DNA from: a virus | Lineage: Duplodnaviria; Caudoviricetes | Reading direction: 5' to 3' (one strand) | DNA length: 64,000 bases | Virus record (IMG/VR): IMGVR_UViG_3300009093_000043 | Span: 1-64,000 of that record | In this document: positions 37,809 through 46,447 of the stretch, piece after piece | How the letters are laid out: every line of letters begins with the position of its first letter | How positions within the stretch are numbered: the stretch's first letter is position 1 | Notes under the pieces: model-generated | Database searches by the model: none | Seen by the model: only the letters and a program-made list of their open reading frames with translations | Told to the model about the DNA's origin: nothing | Made by a program: the position numbers and the translations under genes

Positions 37809-38141
37809 ATGGCGACTCGAAGTCCAGATCCAAGTTCCGTAGCGCGCCGCTTCGCGAATCGGTCTTGGGAACGTTCTCCGAAGGCTCTGACGCCTGCTCA
37901 AGTCGGAAAGATCTACGAAGCAGGGAAGAAGAGCTACCAGTCGTCCTACGCGAAGATGGTCGATGACATCTTCGCCGGGATCAAGAAGGCCACCGCGAAG
38001 CTCGGTTTCGAGCCCTTCTACGACGTCGAATGGTTCCGGTTGATGGGGAGCGGGATTCGCGAGTCTTACTCTTGGTCTTCGCTCCCTCCCGACATGAAGG
38101 AACGAATTGTCCGGGCGATCAATCCGGCCGTAGACGAGTGA
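37809..38141 (+). CDS. hypothetical protein (SVARRF N-terminal motif)
   Basis: ATG 37809 with CTAT motif upstream. Confidence 0.6.
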   Translation: MATRSPDPSSVARRFANRSWERSPKALTPAQVGKIYEAGKKSYQSSYAKMVDDIFAGIKKATAKLGFEPFYDVEWFRLMGSGIRESYSWSSLPPDMKERIVRAINPAVDE

Positions 38142-38176
38142 TTCCGGCGTAAGGTCGGATCGGAGGTATCCCACCT

Positions 38177-38617
38177 ATGTCCAGCAACATGTCCCTGTTC
38201 ACCGAGATCAGCGAGTACCGCGACGGAATCAAGCATCGTGTGCATCGCCTCCGGCGCAATCTCGCGAAGTGCGACAAGGCTCCGGAGATCCTCAGCCACG
38301 ACGAACTCGGGAAGCTGGAGATCCTCCGCGGAAAGATGCTGAAGGAAGTGAATCGCTTGGAGACGCTTTTCCGCGTCGTGTCGGAAGACCTTCGAGTGAC
38401 TGGAAGCGCTCTCGCCCACGAGATCGTCGAGACCGAGAACGAACCCCTCTACCAGCCCAATCGTTCCAGCGGAGGCAACCTCGCTCTCATGGTCGACGAC
38501 CGCGACGGAGACACGGACGAAGAAGAGGACTACCGTCCGGAGGTGGTGGAGGAGCGTCGGAAGGCTTCGCTGAAGAAGATGTTCCTCGGTTGGATCGAGA
38601 CCGGTCGAATCACCTGA
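38177..38617 (+). CDS. hypothetical protein
   Basis: 146 aa; GCGTAAG and GGAGG upstream. Confidence 0.7.
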   Translation: MSSNMSLFTEISEYRDGIKHRVHRLRRNLAKCDKAPEILSHDELGKLEILRGKMLKEVNRLETLFRVVSEDLRVTGSALAHEIVETENEPLYQPNRSSGGNLALMVDDRDGDTDEEEDYRPEVVEERRKASLKKMFLGWIETGRIT

Positions 38618-38629
38618 ACCGCCAGTAGT

Positions 38630-38673
38630 GAAAGAGAAAGGCCCGGGGCTCTGAGGAGCATACCGGGCCTTTC
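38630..38673 (-). terminator. intrinsic terminator (possibly bidirectional)
   Basis: GAAAGGCCCGG (38636-38646) / CCGGGCCTTTC (38663-38673) inverted repeat; minus-strand tail TTTCTCTTTC. Confidence 0.7.
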
Positions 38674-38803
38674 CCACATCTCATCCCAGAGACTCGGTGG
38701 AGGCGCCTCCACAACGTCGCTCTGGTTCCCTCAATGAGAGTTCGCTCGAACCTCAACGGGGACCTTCCGCCGCCGCAAATCGCGCGCAAACGGGATTGAG
38801 GTA
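38630..38803 (-). ncRNA. candidate structured non-coding RNA
   Basis: Follows a GCGTAAG motif (38811-38805); closing stem CTCA-A-TCCC/GGGA-TGAG around three hairpins; ends in a terminator; no credible ORF. Confidence 0.45.
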
Positions 38804-38847
38804 CCTTACGCCGAGGCCGGTGACTTGGTTATGGGTCGTTGTTTGCA

Positions 38848-40536
38848 ATGACGACCCCTCGAAAACTCTACCAGGCTATCGGAGCTACCCCTTCCAGCGC
38901 TCGCGACGCCATCGGAGCGTTCGGGCCGACGTCTTCGGTACCGGGTCCGGTTCTCGACGCGAATACGACGGCTTCCGCCTTGCTGGCGTACCCGTTCGCG
39001 ATCTTCGAGCCCACGGCGACTCGTACGATCGACGTTCCGGGGACCGGAGGGACGGCTTGGGATCTTTCGAAGTCCGCCGTGATCCGCGTCATGAAGGGCA
39101 CGCGAGTCGCGAGCGGGATCGTGATCGACGTCGCGACGAACGGAGGAGGTCTCTGGACTACTCCCGCCGGTCTCAACCAGAACTACACGCTCAACACGAG
39201 CGACGACTACTACTCGGGCTCGTGGGACGTGATCATCAACGGCCCCGCGAAGACGGTTCGTGTCGTCACGTACCCGTTGGGAACCCTGGAGCCGATGTGT
39301 CCGGCCCCGAGCGCTGGCCCAGGCGATACGATCGACATCTTCACCACCGGTGTCTTCTCGAACCAGGGTAGTACGGCCGGAAGCTACCAGACCGGCGCCC
39401 CCCGTGCGGACGGGGCCGCCTTCATCGCCAACCAGGTCTCGAACACTCGTCGCCTCCAGGATCTCGGGGACGGCAACGGTCAGCGACTCCTCATGGAGTC
39501 TTCCCACACGAACCTGATCCTTCAGAGCGAGACGCTCTACACGGCGGGGGCGATCACGGCGCCATGGGTGGCGATCGGAGCTACGACGGGTCTCGGGGGC
39601 CAGGGAGGCTCTCCCCGAGGCGACGCGACCACGACGAACCTGATCTTCTCGGCTTCGGCCGCAGACGGTATCAAGCAGCCGTTCACGATCGCGGTCGACA
39701 CGTCCGCCATGTTCTCGGTTTGGGCTCGGGTTACTTCCGGGACCGGGCTGGCCCGCCTTCAGATCTTGAAGAAGGACGCCACGACCCAGACCACGACCGA
39801 CTTCACCCTCACGACGACCTGGCAGCGCCTCGAAATCCTCTGCCCGATCATCGGAGTGGACGGGGACGGGGGTACAGCCGAGGTTCGGATCCTCAACGGA
39901 TCCGACGGCGCGGCGCGTACCGTTCAGGTCTGGGGGGCTCAGTGCGAAAACGCCGCCGCTCCGTCGAGCTACATCAAGACGGTCGGAACAACCGTCGCCC
40001 GTACGCAAGAGACCCTCTACATCCCGACGGCCTCGGTTCCGGCGAGCTTCGGTACGCGAGGAATCCAGTTCGACGTGACGTGGGATTCGAGCACCGCCGA
40101 AGTCCTTCAGGTTCAGGGAGCGGTCTCGTTCTTCCTGATCTCGATGCTGAGTTCCGCCATTGCGCCGACCGTCTCTCAGTCGATTCGATGGGGCTCTCTT
40201 CTACAGGGACCGGGGGCGCGCGTTTCGATCGTCGACCTCAACACCTACCCCAGTACCTCGAACACCCGGACGGCTCCGAAGCAGTTCACGTCTCCCTTCG
40301 TCTGGAGCCGGAACCAGAAGATCACCTGCACCGCCCAGTTCTATCGAGGTGCGTTCGTGATCGCAAACGCGGGTACGGGCGTCACCACCACACACGTCCT
40401 CGGGGGCGGTCCGCTCACCTGGAACGTCGGAGGCCCTCTCTACATCGCAACCACCGCGCCCGTTTCGGCCACCTCCAGTACGTTCGGCGCTACAGGTCCG
40501 GCCTGCTCCTTCGGCCGTCTCATCACCAGCGCGTAA
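38848..40536 (+). CDS. virion fibre/spike protein with carbohydrate-binding-like domains
   Basis: 562 aa, Thr/Gly-rich; LLME...TNLILQSE, LTTTWQR and WGAQ.E.....SSYI.T motifs typical of phage fibre CBM/lectin regions. Confidence 0.65.
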   Translation: MTTPRKLYQAIGATPSSARDAIGAFGPTSSVPGPVLDANTTASALLAYPFAIFEPTATRTIDVPGTGGTAWDLSKSAVIRVMKGTRVASGIVIDVATNGGGLWTTPAGLNQNYTLNTSDDYYSGSWDVIINGPAKTVRVVTYPLGTLEPMCPAPSAGPGDTIDIFTTGVFSNQGSTAGSYQTGAPRADGAAFIANQVSNTRRLQDLGDGNGQRLLMESSHTNLILQSETLYTAGAITAPWVAIGATTGLGGQGGSPRGDATTTNLIFSASAADGIKQPFTIAVDTSAMFSVWARVTSGTGLARLQILKKDATTQTTTDFTLTTTWQRLEILCPIIGVDGDGGTAEVRILNGSDGAARTVQVWGAQCENAAAPSSYIKTVGTTVARTQETLYIPTASVPASFGTRGIQFDVTWDSSTAEVLQVQGAVSFFLISMLSSAIAPTVSQSIRWGSLLQGPGARVSIVDLNTYPSTSNTRTAPKQFTSPFVWSRNQKITCTAQFYRGAFVIANAGTGVTTTHVLGGGPLTWNVGGPLYIATTAPVSATSSTFGATGPACSFGRLITSA

Positions 40537-40571
40537 GTAGGCTATCGGAGCGCCTCCCTTGAGGTGACCCG

Positions 40572-41147
40572 ATGCGTCTAGGACTGCTGTTCGTAACCCT
40601 GGTCGGGCTCGTAGGGTGTATCCCTGAGGCTGGGTTCATGTCCCGTCGCGCCCACTGGGACAACCACGAGTTCCCCCTCACGGTCTGCGCCTCTCCGTAC
40701 GTCGCGGCGGAAGACGACATGCACGCGCTCGACCTGACGGACCGAGTGATTCGCCAGGTCAACGACCGCCTCGGGTTCAAGGTCTACTCGATGGGTACCA
40801 CCGATTGCGAGGTGGTAGCGGTGATCGGGGAGCCGGTGGACGTCAACACGACCGGGGCTCCGGACGCTGACGGCAATACGGACCCGGGCGGAGCCGCGGA
40901 CGTCAATTACGTCCTCACCAGCGGGATGAGGTGCTCGGTTCACACCTTCAACACCGGTACGTCTGAGTTGACCTTCTACACGATCGAGCACGAGCTGGGC
41001 CACTGTCTCGGCCTCGCCCACGACGATTGGGACGGTAGCATCATGCGTCGCGTTCAGATCCCTACGCCGTTCGAGTCGTTTCCGCCCTGGATCGACGACC
41101 ACGACCGGTCTCTACTTCGCGACACGTACCTGACGCCTCAGCAGTGA
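40572..41147 (+). CDS. lipoprotein metzincin (matrixin/M10-like) metalloprotease
   Basis: Signal peptide with lipobox LVGC; HELGHCLGLAH zinc motif; SIM Met-turn. Confidence 0.85.
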   Translation: MRLGLLFVTLVGLVGCIPEAGFMSRRAHWDNHEFPLTVCASPYVAAEDDMHALDLTDRVIRQVNDRLGFKVYSMGTTDCEVVAVIGEPVDVNTTGAPDADGNTDPGGAADVNYVLTSGMRCSVHTFNTGTSELTFYTIEHELGHCLGLAHDDWDGSIMRRVQIPTPFESFPPWIDDHDRSLLRDTYLTPQQ

Positions 41148-42017
41148 TCAGCCGATTCCCGTCCAGTCCTCTTCGCCTGTAGGGGCGTCTTCCAAGAGGA
41201 CCGGATAGGGCGGGTTCAACGTACTGGCTCGGGGGGCGGCGAAGTTGTAGTCGCCCTCTTCGGTCAACGGATAGAAGATCTGATCGATCGAATTCACGAT
41301 CGTCGAGAGGTTGAACGAGATCGCGAAGTCGTCTCCGTAGGGGAGGTCCGAGATCACGCCTCCAACGGCCGTCGGGAGAATCTCATCGCGCTCGATCAGA
41401 AGCTGCTCCCGTAGATCGGCGAGCTTCAGAATCCGAGCTTCGAGGTCGTTCCGCTTCGTTCTGATCTCCGCCGACACCCACTCGCGGGCCGCGTTGATCA
41501 CCGGGGTCATCTCCGCCGACTCGCTGACGTAGGTGATGTTGCTCCCGAGCTTCCGGGGTGGGTAGCGCCAAAGAGGGAGCCAGCCGCCGGTATAGAGCCC
41601 CACGGTGACCGGGTCGGCGGAGCGGGGCGATACGATGCCCCCGTAGGGCTCGGTCTCTCGAACCACGACCGTCTCGGTTCCGTCCTCCGCCGTCGTCGCC
41701 TCGATGATCTGGAAGCTGTCCGGGTGGAGGAACATCGAGATGTCGAAGGGGTTCCCCCCTTGGGCGATGTACGCTTGGAGGAGGCGCTCCATCGAGGAGT
41801 TGGGGGAGACGTCGATTCCGACCCGCTTCTCGCTCATCGGGGAGTCGACGTCGCTGAGGTCGGTCCGCGAGTAGAGGACACGAATCTCTCCGATCCTCAC
41901 CAGCTCCGCGTTGATCGCGCGGATCCGGGCGAGGACGTCTCTCCGTTCGTTCAAGACGAACGAACGGAAGACCTGCCAGGCTCCCTGACGAAAGATCCCT
42001 GTCCAGCCGAAGCTCAT
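41148..42017 (-). CDS. probable virion structural protein
   Basis: 289 aa; acidic; same strand and style as the structural genes. Confidence 0.6.
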   Translation of the reverse strand: MSFGWTGIFRQGAWQVFRSFVLNERRDVLARIRAINAELVRIGEIRVLYSRTDLSDVDSPMSEKRVGIDVSPNSSMERLLQAYIAQGGNPFDISMFLHPDSFQIIEATTAEDGTETVVVRETEPYGGIVSPRSADPVTVGLYTGGWLPLWRYPPRKLGSNITYVSESAEMTPVINAAREWVSAEIRTKRNDLEARILKLADLREQLLIERDEILPTAVGGVISDLPYGDDFAISFNLSTIVNSIDQIFYPLTEEGDYNFAAPRASTLNPPYPVLLEDAPTGEEDWTGIG

Positions 42018-42060
42018 GTATCGACTCTACGAGAGGAGTCGATAGCCTACCGCGAGAGCG

Positions 42061-42534
42061 TTACGTGGTAATGGCCTTCGTCTGGAAGCTGTTCCCCTGC
42101 AGACAGAGGTTCTTGTCGAACCAGACGGCGTCCACGAAATTCCCGTAGGCCTCGGTCACCGTCATCGGACAGCCCTTCAAGAGGTCGCCACGAAGGTAGA
42201 TGACGCTGCCGGTCTTGATCTCCGAAGATCCAGGGATGTTCCTCATCCGACCGGTCTTCACTCCCTCGTGCTTCGGGAGGGTCTTCACGACTTCCGGCTT
42301 CGGATCGTCGCTCAGGAGCTGGGAGATCATCTTCGTCCTCCCCATGGAGTAGAAGCGGATCTTCTTCAGATCGGGGGAGACCGCCACCAACGCCGAATTG
42401 GCGTAGAGCTGCCTCTGACGGATGGTGAGCTTCAGCCGAGCGTTGTAGGCGAACTTCTCGCTGGCGGTGATGTTGTTGTCGTGGTCCTTCACGGTCCACC
42501 AACCCTTGGGCGGATTCAGCTTCTTGTTCTTCAT
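42061..42534 (-). CDS. hypothetical protein with C-terminal YodC/DUF2158-like domain
   Basis: IKTGSVIYL....G.PMTV.......V.AVWFD. Confidence 0.55.
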   Translation of the reverse strand: MKNKKLNPPKGWWTVKDHDNNITASEKFAYNARLKLTIRQRQLYANSALVAVSPDLKKIRFYSMGRTKMISQLLSDDPKPEVVKTLPKHEGVKTGRMRNIPGSSEIKTGSVIYLRGDLLKGCPMTVTEAYGNFVDAVWFDKNLCLQGNSFQTKAITT

Positions 42535-42568
42535 CGATCTTCCTCCGGAGAACCACTTTACGCCGAGA

Positions 42569-42922
42569 TCAGGAGTCCCCTCGACGGATTCCTCCGTGAG
42601 GTCCCTTATGACCAGAGACCTTCCAGCAAAGGATCATGGAGGACGGACCCGTGTAGGAGACTACGGCCCCACAGGGGGCCTGGTCTTCGGATACGCACTC
42701 GTCGTCCTCGCCCGTCAGCTCGGCGATCTTCTTCTGGGCCGCCGCGAGGATGATTCGAACCGCAGCGAGGGCGAGCTTCTCCTGTTCCTTCAGCTTCTCT
42801 CGAAGGCGGAGGACTTCGGCGGCGAGACACTCTGCGTGAGATCTCCCGGTATCCTCAGGAGAAGCCTCCATCTCGGCCAGAGCCTTGAAAGCGCGCGCCT
42901 CGGTCCACTCGTCCCTCTTCAT
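42569..42922 (-). CDS. hypothetical protein
   Basis: 117 aa; GCGTAAG motif upstream; C-terminal C...C....GH.GPH. Confidence 0.6.
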   Translation of the reverse strand: MKRDEWTEARAFKALAEMEASPEDTGRSHAECLAAEVLRLREKLKEQEKLALAAVRIILAAAQKKIAELTGEDDECVSEDQAPCGAVVSYTGPSSMILCWKVSGHKGPHGGIRRGDS

Positions 42923-42970
42923 GACGTACCTTACGCGGTAGATGTGGTATGAAGCGCTAAGAACACACCT

Positions 42971-43390
42971 ATGGCCGCCCCGCGTAAACCACTCTTCCAG
43001 TCGATTGGCGCTTCAACTCAGTCGGCCCGAGAGGCGATTGACATCATCAGCGGAGTCTTCGCCCCGACCGTTTCCGTCTTCAGTGGCACCAGCGTTTCGG
43101 CGGTAACTACGCCTGGCTCTTGGCTTCGGCAGAAGGTCGGTACGATCGTGACGATCTCCGGCCAGCTCCATCTGACCGTCGCCTCTTCGGGGTTGAGCGT
43201 CATCCACGTCGACAACCTTCCGGACCACAACAGTAGCTTCCTGGGCTACTTCGTCGTGACGTCAACGGATGCCACCAAAGCGACGGGGGCTCCGGGCTCG
43301 ATTCACAACAACACGTTGAATTTGGCTGCGACCGGAGTCGCCTCCGGAGCTTGCGACCTTTTCATCGTCGCTCAGTACTCGGTCGACTGA
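42971..43390 (+). CDS. small virion fibre/decoration-like protein
   Basis: 139 aa beta-rich (KVGTIVTISG); N-terminus shared with 38848 and 53966. Confidence 0.6.
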   Translation: MAAPRKPLFQSIGASTQSAREAIDIISGVFAPTVSVFSGTSVSAVTTPGSWLRQKVGTIVTISGQLHLTVASSGLSVIHVDNLPDHNSSFLGYFVVTSTDATKATGAPGSIHNNTLNLAATGVASGACDLFIVAQYSVD

Positions 43391-43391
43391 G

Positions 43392-43574
43392 TCAAGCGGT
43401 ACGGAAGAAGACGAGGTGGGGTTGATCGTTCGAGATCTTCCCCTCGTACCAGACTCGCCCCGTCTTCAGCGTGTCGATCGCGAGGTCGACTCGCGAATCG
43501 GCGGCCTGGTGGCAGCGGAGGTACTTCTTTCCGCTGCCACACCAACAAGGTTCGTTACTGCCTAGAGGCTTCAT
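43392..43574 (-). CDS. SEC-C motif protein
   Basis: LGSNEPCWCGSGKKYLRCH; ATGA overlap with the upstream gene. Confidence 0.75.
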   Translation of the reverse strand: MKPLGSNEPCWCGSGKKYLRCHQAADSRVDLAIDTLKTGRVWYEGKISNDQPHLVFFRTA

Positions 43575-45742
43575 CCGCCCCCCAGGCTGGAGAGGAAGTC
43601 CGCCCCCGGATCTTCCTCCTTCATCGACTCGACCTTCTCCCCTCGAATCCACGAGTTGACCTTCGCCGCGAGGCTAGCGACCGACTCCTGAGCGTCTAGC
43701 ACGAGCCGTCTCTCCGTAGGGAAGTAGTTGGCGAACTTCGCGCTCTTCGTCTTCCGACCCTTCAGCCAGGTCGCGTTCTGATTCGATCCCCGCTGCTTCC
43801 GACGAGCCTCTACGACTTCCTCGGGGGCGAGGAGGAGAACCACGTACGGGTCCGCGCTCTCGTCGATCCTCGTCTTCTTGTTCATGTCCGAGAAGCGATC
43901 GCCGTCGAAGATCGTGTAGGGCCTCCAGAGGAGGTTCGCCTCCCAATACGTCAGCGTGGGGCCGACGTCGTGGCTGACCGTGTCGCCTCCGTCGAAGGTC
44001 CCGCCCGTGTAGTGACCGGCCAGGACGAAGTCCCGAGCGATCGTCCACTTCTGGTTCGGGACGAGTTCGAGAGGGACGTCTCCGACGATCGCCCGTACGA
44101 GGGTCGTCTTCCCCACCCCGGGCTCCCCTACGATCCAGATCGCCTTCGGACGGGGTCCGGTGTAGGTCGAGACTCGATGGCCGTCTGCAGCCTTCGAGGG
44201 GTCCCTATCGTACTCCTGCCCGGCCTCGACGTAGGCCTTCGCCTCGGCTTCTCTCTGCTCTTTCGAGGGCGGATTCTTCCGGTGCGAGGCGATGTTCTCG
44301 TTCGCCTTCTGGATCGTCTCCGAGGCCGGCTTCCCGGTCCACTCTTCGAGGTGCTTCATGATCCTCGCGTCTTCGGCGTCGCGAATGGATTCGACGGCCT
44401 TCGCCTCTATCTCCATTTCCGAGAAGTCTTTCGAGATCTCAGTCATCATGGACTTGAAAGCCGGGGACTTCTTGAGGGACGAGGGCTTCGAAGCCGGAAC
44501 CTCTTCGGCGGGAGGTGCTTCGACCCCGAAGAAGGCCAGGAACTCGTTCTTGTGGGCCTCGTCTGCGGCGTCCTTCGCTACGAGGTTTGCGTGGCGCTCC
44601 TTCGGGTTCTTGAAGCGAGTGTCGAAGAAGTTCTTCTCGCGGACCTTCTCCTCCGAGACGGTTCCGCACTTCAGCATGTCGACTCGGACGTAGCAGACGA
44701 CCGAGATCCGCTCCCAGTTGTCCTTCCCCTCGACCGCCGACTTCATCTCCGTGTTCCCGTGCCACTCGTGGACGTCCATCCCGAGGAAGTCCCCGGTCCG
44801 GAGGTCGACGGCGCAACGGTACTTCGGGAAGATCGTCCGGCCGCCCTCGTACTTGTCCTCGCCTTCGAGGACGGTGAGGTTGCCGAAGCCGTTCGGGAGG
44901 TCGCCCGCGTCCTTATGGACGCCCGTTCGGTAGTTCTTGTTGACGGTGATCGTACTGAAGACCGTGTCCCCGATCATCCACCCCTTCTTCGTGAGGGAGT
45001 CGGTGACGATCGACTCGACACCCTTCTGGACGGAGACCTCGTCCGAGACGAACTGGCGTTGGTTCTCCCAGCGCTCCGGGATGCACTCCTTGTACTTCAC
45101 GTTGATCGCTTCGAAGAACGGGATCGCCATCGCGAACTCGGTCACGTGTTCGCGCGTGAAGGCGGTCTGGCGGCAGTAGGGGTTTCGCGGCGTCCAGTTG
45201 AAGTTGCCGACGATCCCGCTGAGGACCTGGTTCGACTCGCTCGTGTTCGAGATGTGACCGTCTTCGGTGAGGTAGCCGGCGGTCGAGCTCCCTCGGCTGA
45301 TGAAGCGAGAAGGATCCTTCCCGAGCCCTTCGGCAGTTGCGATCCCCGCGGCCATCCCGCGATTCTTCGAAGTCCCGGCGGCCCGGCGGAGGATCCCGTA
45401 GGCCGGATCAGTGATCCGCTTCGGGAAGACCTTCTTCCGGAGGCACATCAAAAGACGGCTCTCGCGATCGTCGAACGGGTTCTCTACCCCCTCCACGACC
45501 TTCTTCATCGGCTTGTAGATGTCGACGTCCTCGTTGTGGGCGAGGATCACGTAGGCCGAATCGTCGAGGAAGTGTCCCCCGAGCTTGTCGGTCTCGACGT
45601 CGGAGAGGACTCCCTTTCCGGTGAGCTGGATCTGGAGGACGCCGTCTTCCGGACGCTTCCACTCCCACCACTCCAAGCCGTCTCGGTTCTTCAGTTCGGC
45701 GAAGTCGGGATGGGGGGGATCGATGAACTCGTTTTCTGACAT
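43571..45742 (-). CDS. TET/JBP-family 2OG-Fe(II) dioxygenase fused to a P-loop nucleotide kinase
   Basis: TVNKNYRTGVHKDAGD (HxD), YEGG..IFP, GD.L.MDVH.WHGNT and RISVVCY.R; C-terminal IVGEPGVGKTT, AGHY...TFDGGD, FDGDRF, RR.QRGSNQN.TWLKGR.TK. Confidence 0.88.
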   Translation of the reverse strand: MSENEFIDPPHPDFAELKNRDGLEWWEWKRPEDGVLQIQLTGKGVLSDVETDKLGGHFLDDSAYVILAHNEDVDIYKPMKKVVEGVENPFDDRESRLLMCLRKKVFPKRITDPAYGILRRAAGTSKNRGMAAGIATAEGLGKDPSRFISRGSSTAGYLTEDGHISNTSESNQVLSGIVGNFNWTPRNPYCRQTAFTREHVTEFAMAIPFFEAINVKYKECIPERWENQRQFVSDEVSVQKGVESIVTDSLTKKGWMIGDTVFSTITVNKNYRTGVHKDAGDLPNGFGNLTVLEGEDKYEGGRTIFPKYRCAVDLRTGDFLGMDVHEWHGNTEMKSAVEGKDNWERISVVCYVRVDMLKCGTVSEEKVREKNFFDTRFKNPKERHANLVAKDAADEAHKNEFLAFFGVEAPPAEEVPASKPSSLKKSPAFKSMMTEISKDFSEMEIEAKAVESIRDAEDARIMKHLEEWTGKPASETIQKANENIASHRKNPPSKEQREAEAKAYVEAGQEYDRDPSKAADGHRVSTYTGPRPKAIWIVGEPGVGKTTLVRAIVGDVPLELVPNQKWTIARDFVLAGHYTGGTFDGGDTVSHDVGPTLTYWEANLLWRPYTIFDGDRFSDMNKKTRIDESADPYVVLLLAPEEVVEARRKQRGSNQNATWLKGRKTKSAKFANYFPTERRLVLDAQESVASLAAKVNSWIRGEKVESMKEEDPGADFLSSLGGG

Positions 45743-45803
45743 GGCTACCTCTTACGCGCGCGGTTTCGAAACTCTACTCACAAACAGCGAATTCAGTCGC
45801 GCG

Positions 45804-46043
45804 TTATCTCACCCTGTCGTGTTTCACCAGCTCATCCGGCTCCAAGGGACATAGAGGCGGGAAGGGGGTACGATCGGGTGTCGGATCGTCGCCCCTCTGG
45901 CCCGGCTTATTCGGACACCAGGAGTGGGTCCTCTTTGGGTGGTTGCACCGAGGGACCTGAGGGCCCCAACCGTCCGAGGATTCGTCCGGAAAGGAACGGT
46001 ACGGACAACCCTTCCGGGACAACACTTCGAGACGAACGATCAT
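45804..46043 (-). CDS. small Cys/Pro-containing hypothetical protein
   Basis: ATG 46043; CPY...C.HP...FP.LCPL. Confidence 0.5.
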   Translation of the reverse strand: MIVRLEVLSRKGCPYRSFPDESSDGWGPQVPRCNHPKRTHSWCPNKPGQRGDDPTPDRTPFPPLCPLEPDELVKHDRVR

Positions 46044-46447
46044 CGGGTGCTCCGGAGCTTCTTCACCACTGTTGCGTAGCCTCCGCCCTCGGCGTCCAGC
46101 TCCACGAAAGAACGCATCGTCCTCGCGAAGAACTTCCAGTCCTTCGTCCCCCACTTCTCCGATTGAGTGAGGGAGGGGCGATGGGAGAGAGGGATCACGC
46201 TCCTCGGGGGGACGTTCCGGTTCACGAACGCCATCCACGCCGATCGAAGAACCCTCCACGAGGTCTCAGGATCGTGCCCCTCGGAGAGGAGCTTGAACTC
46301 CATCGCTTGGAGGAACTGAGTCTCCACGGCGAGCGGGGTCCCGTACATCTGAGGGGTCTCGATCGCCCCCTTCAACGTCTCGTTCGCGTAGGCGAGAACG
46401 TTCGAGAGTCGTTGCTTCGCGGTCAGGCTTGAAGGCATCTCGCCCAC
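46040..46447 (-). CDS. hypothetical protein
   Basis: 135 aa, coupled to neighbours. Confidence 0.6.
   Translation of the reverse strand: MGEMPSSLTAKQRLSNVLAYANETLKGAIETPQMYGTPLAVETQFLQAMEFKLLSEGHDPETSWRVLRSAWMAFVNRNVPPRSVIPLSHRPSLTQSEKWGTKDWKFFARTMRSFVELDAEGGGYATVVKKLRSTR

Noticed and set aside
38530-38712. 60-aa minus-strand ORF over the ncRNA candidate
   Set aside because: The GTG start lies inside a hairpin with no SD, and the ORF crosses a terminator and overlaps the convergent gene.
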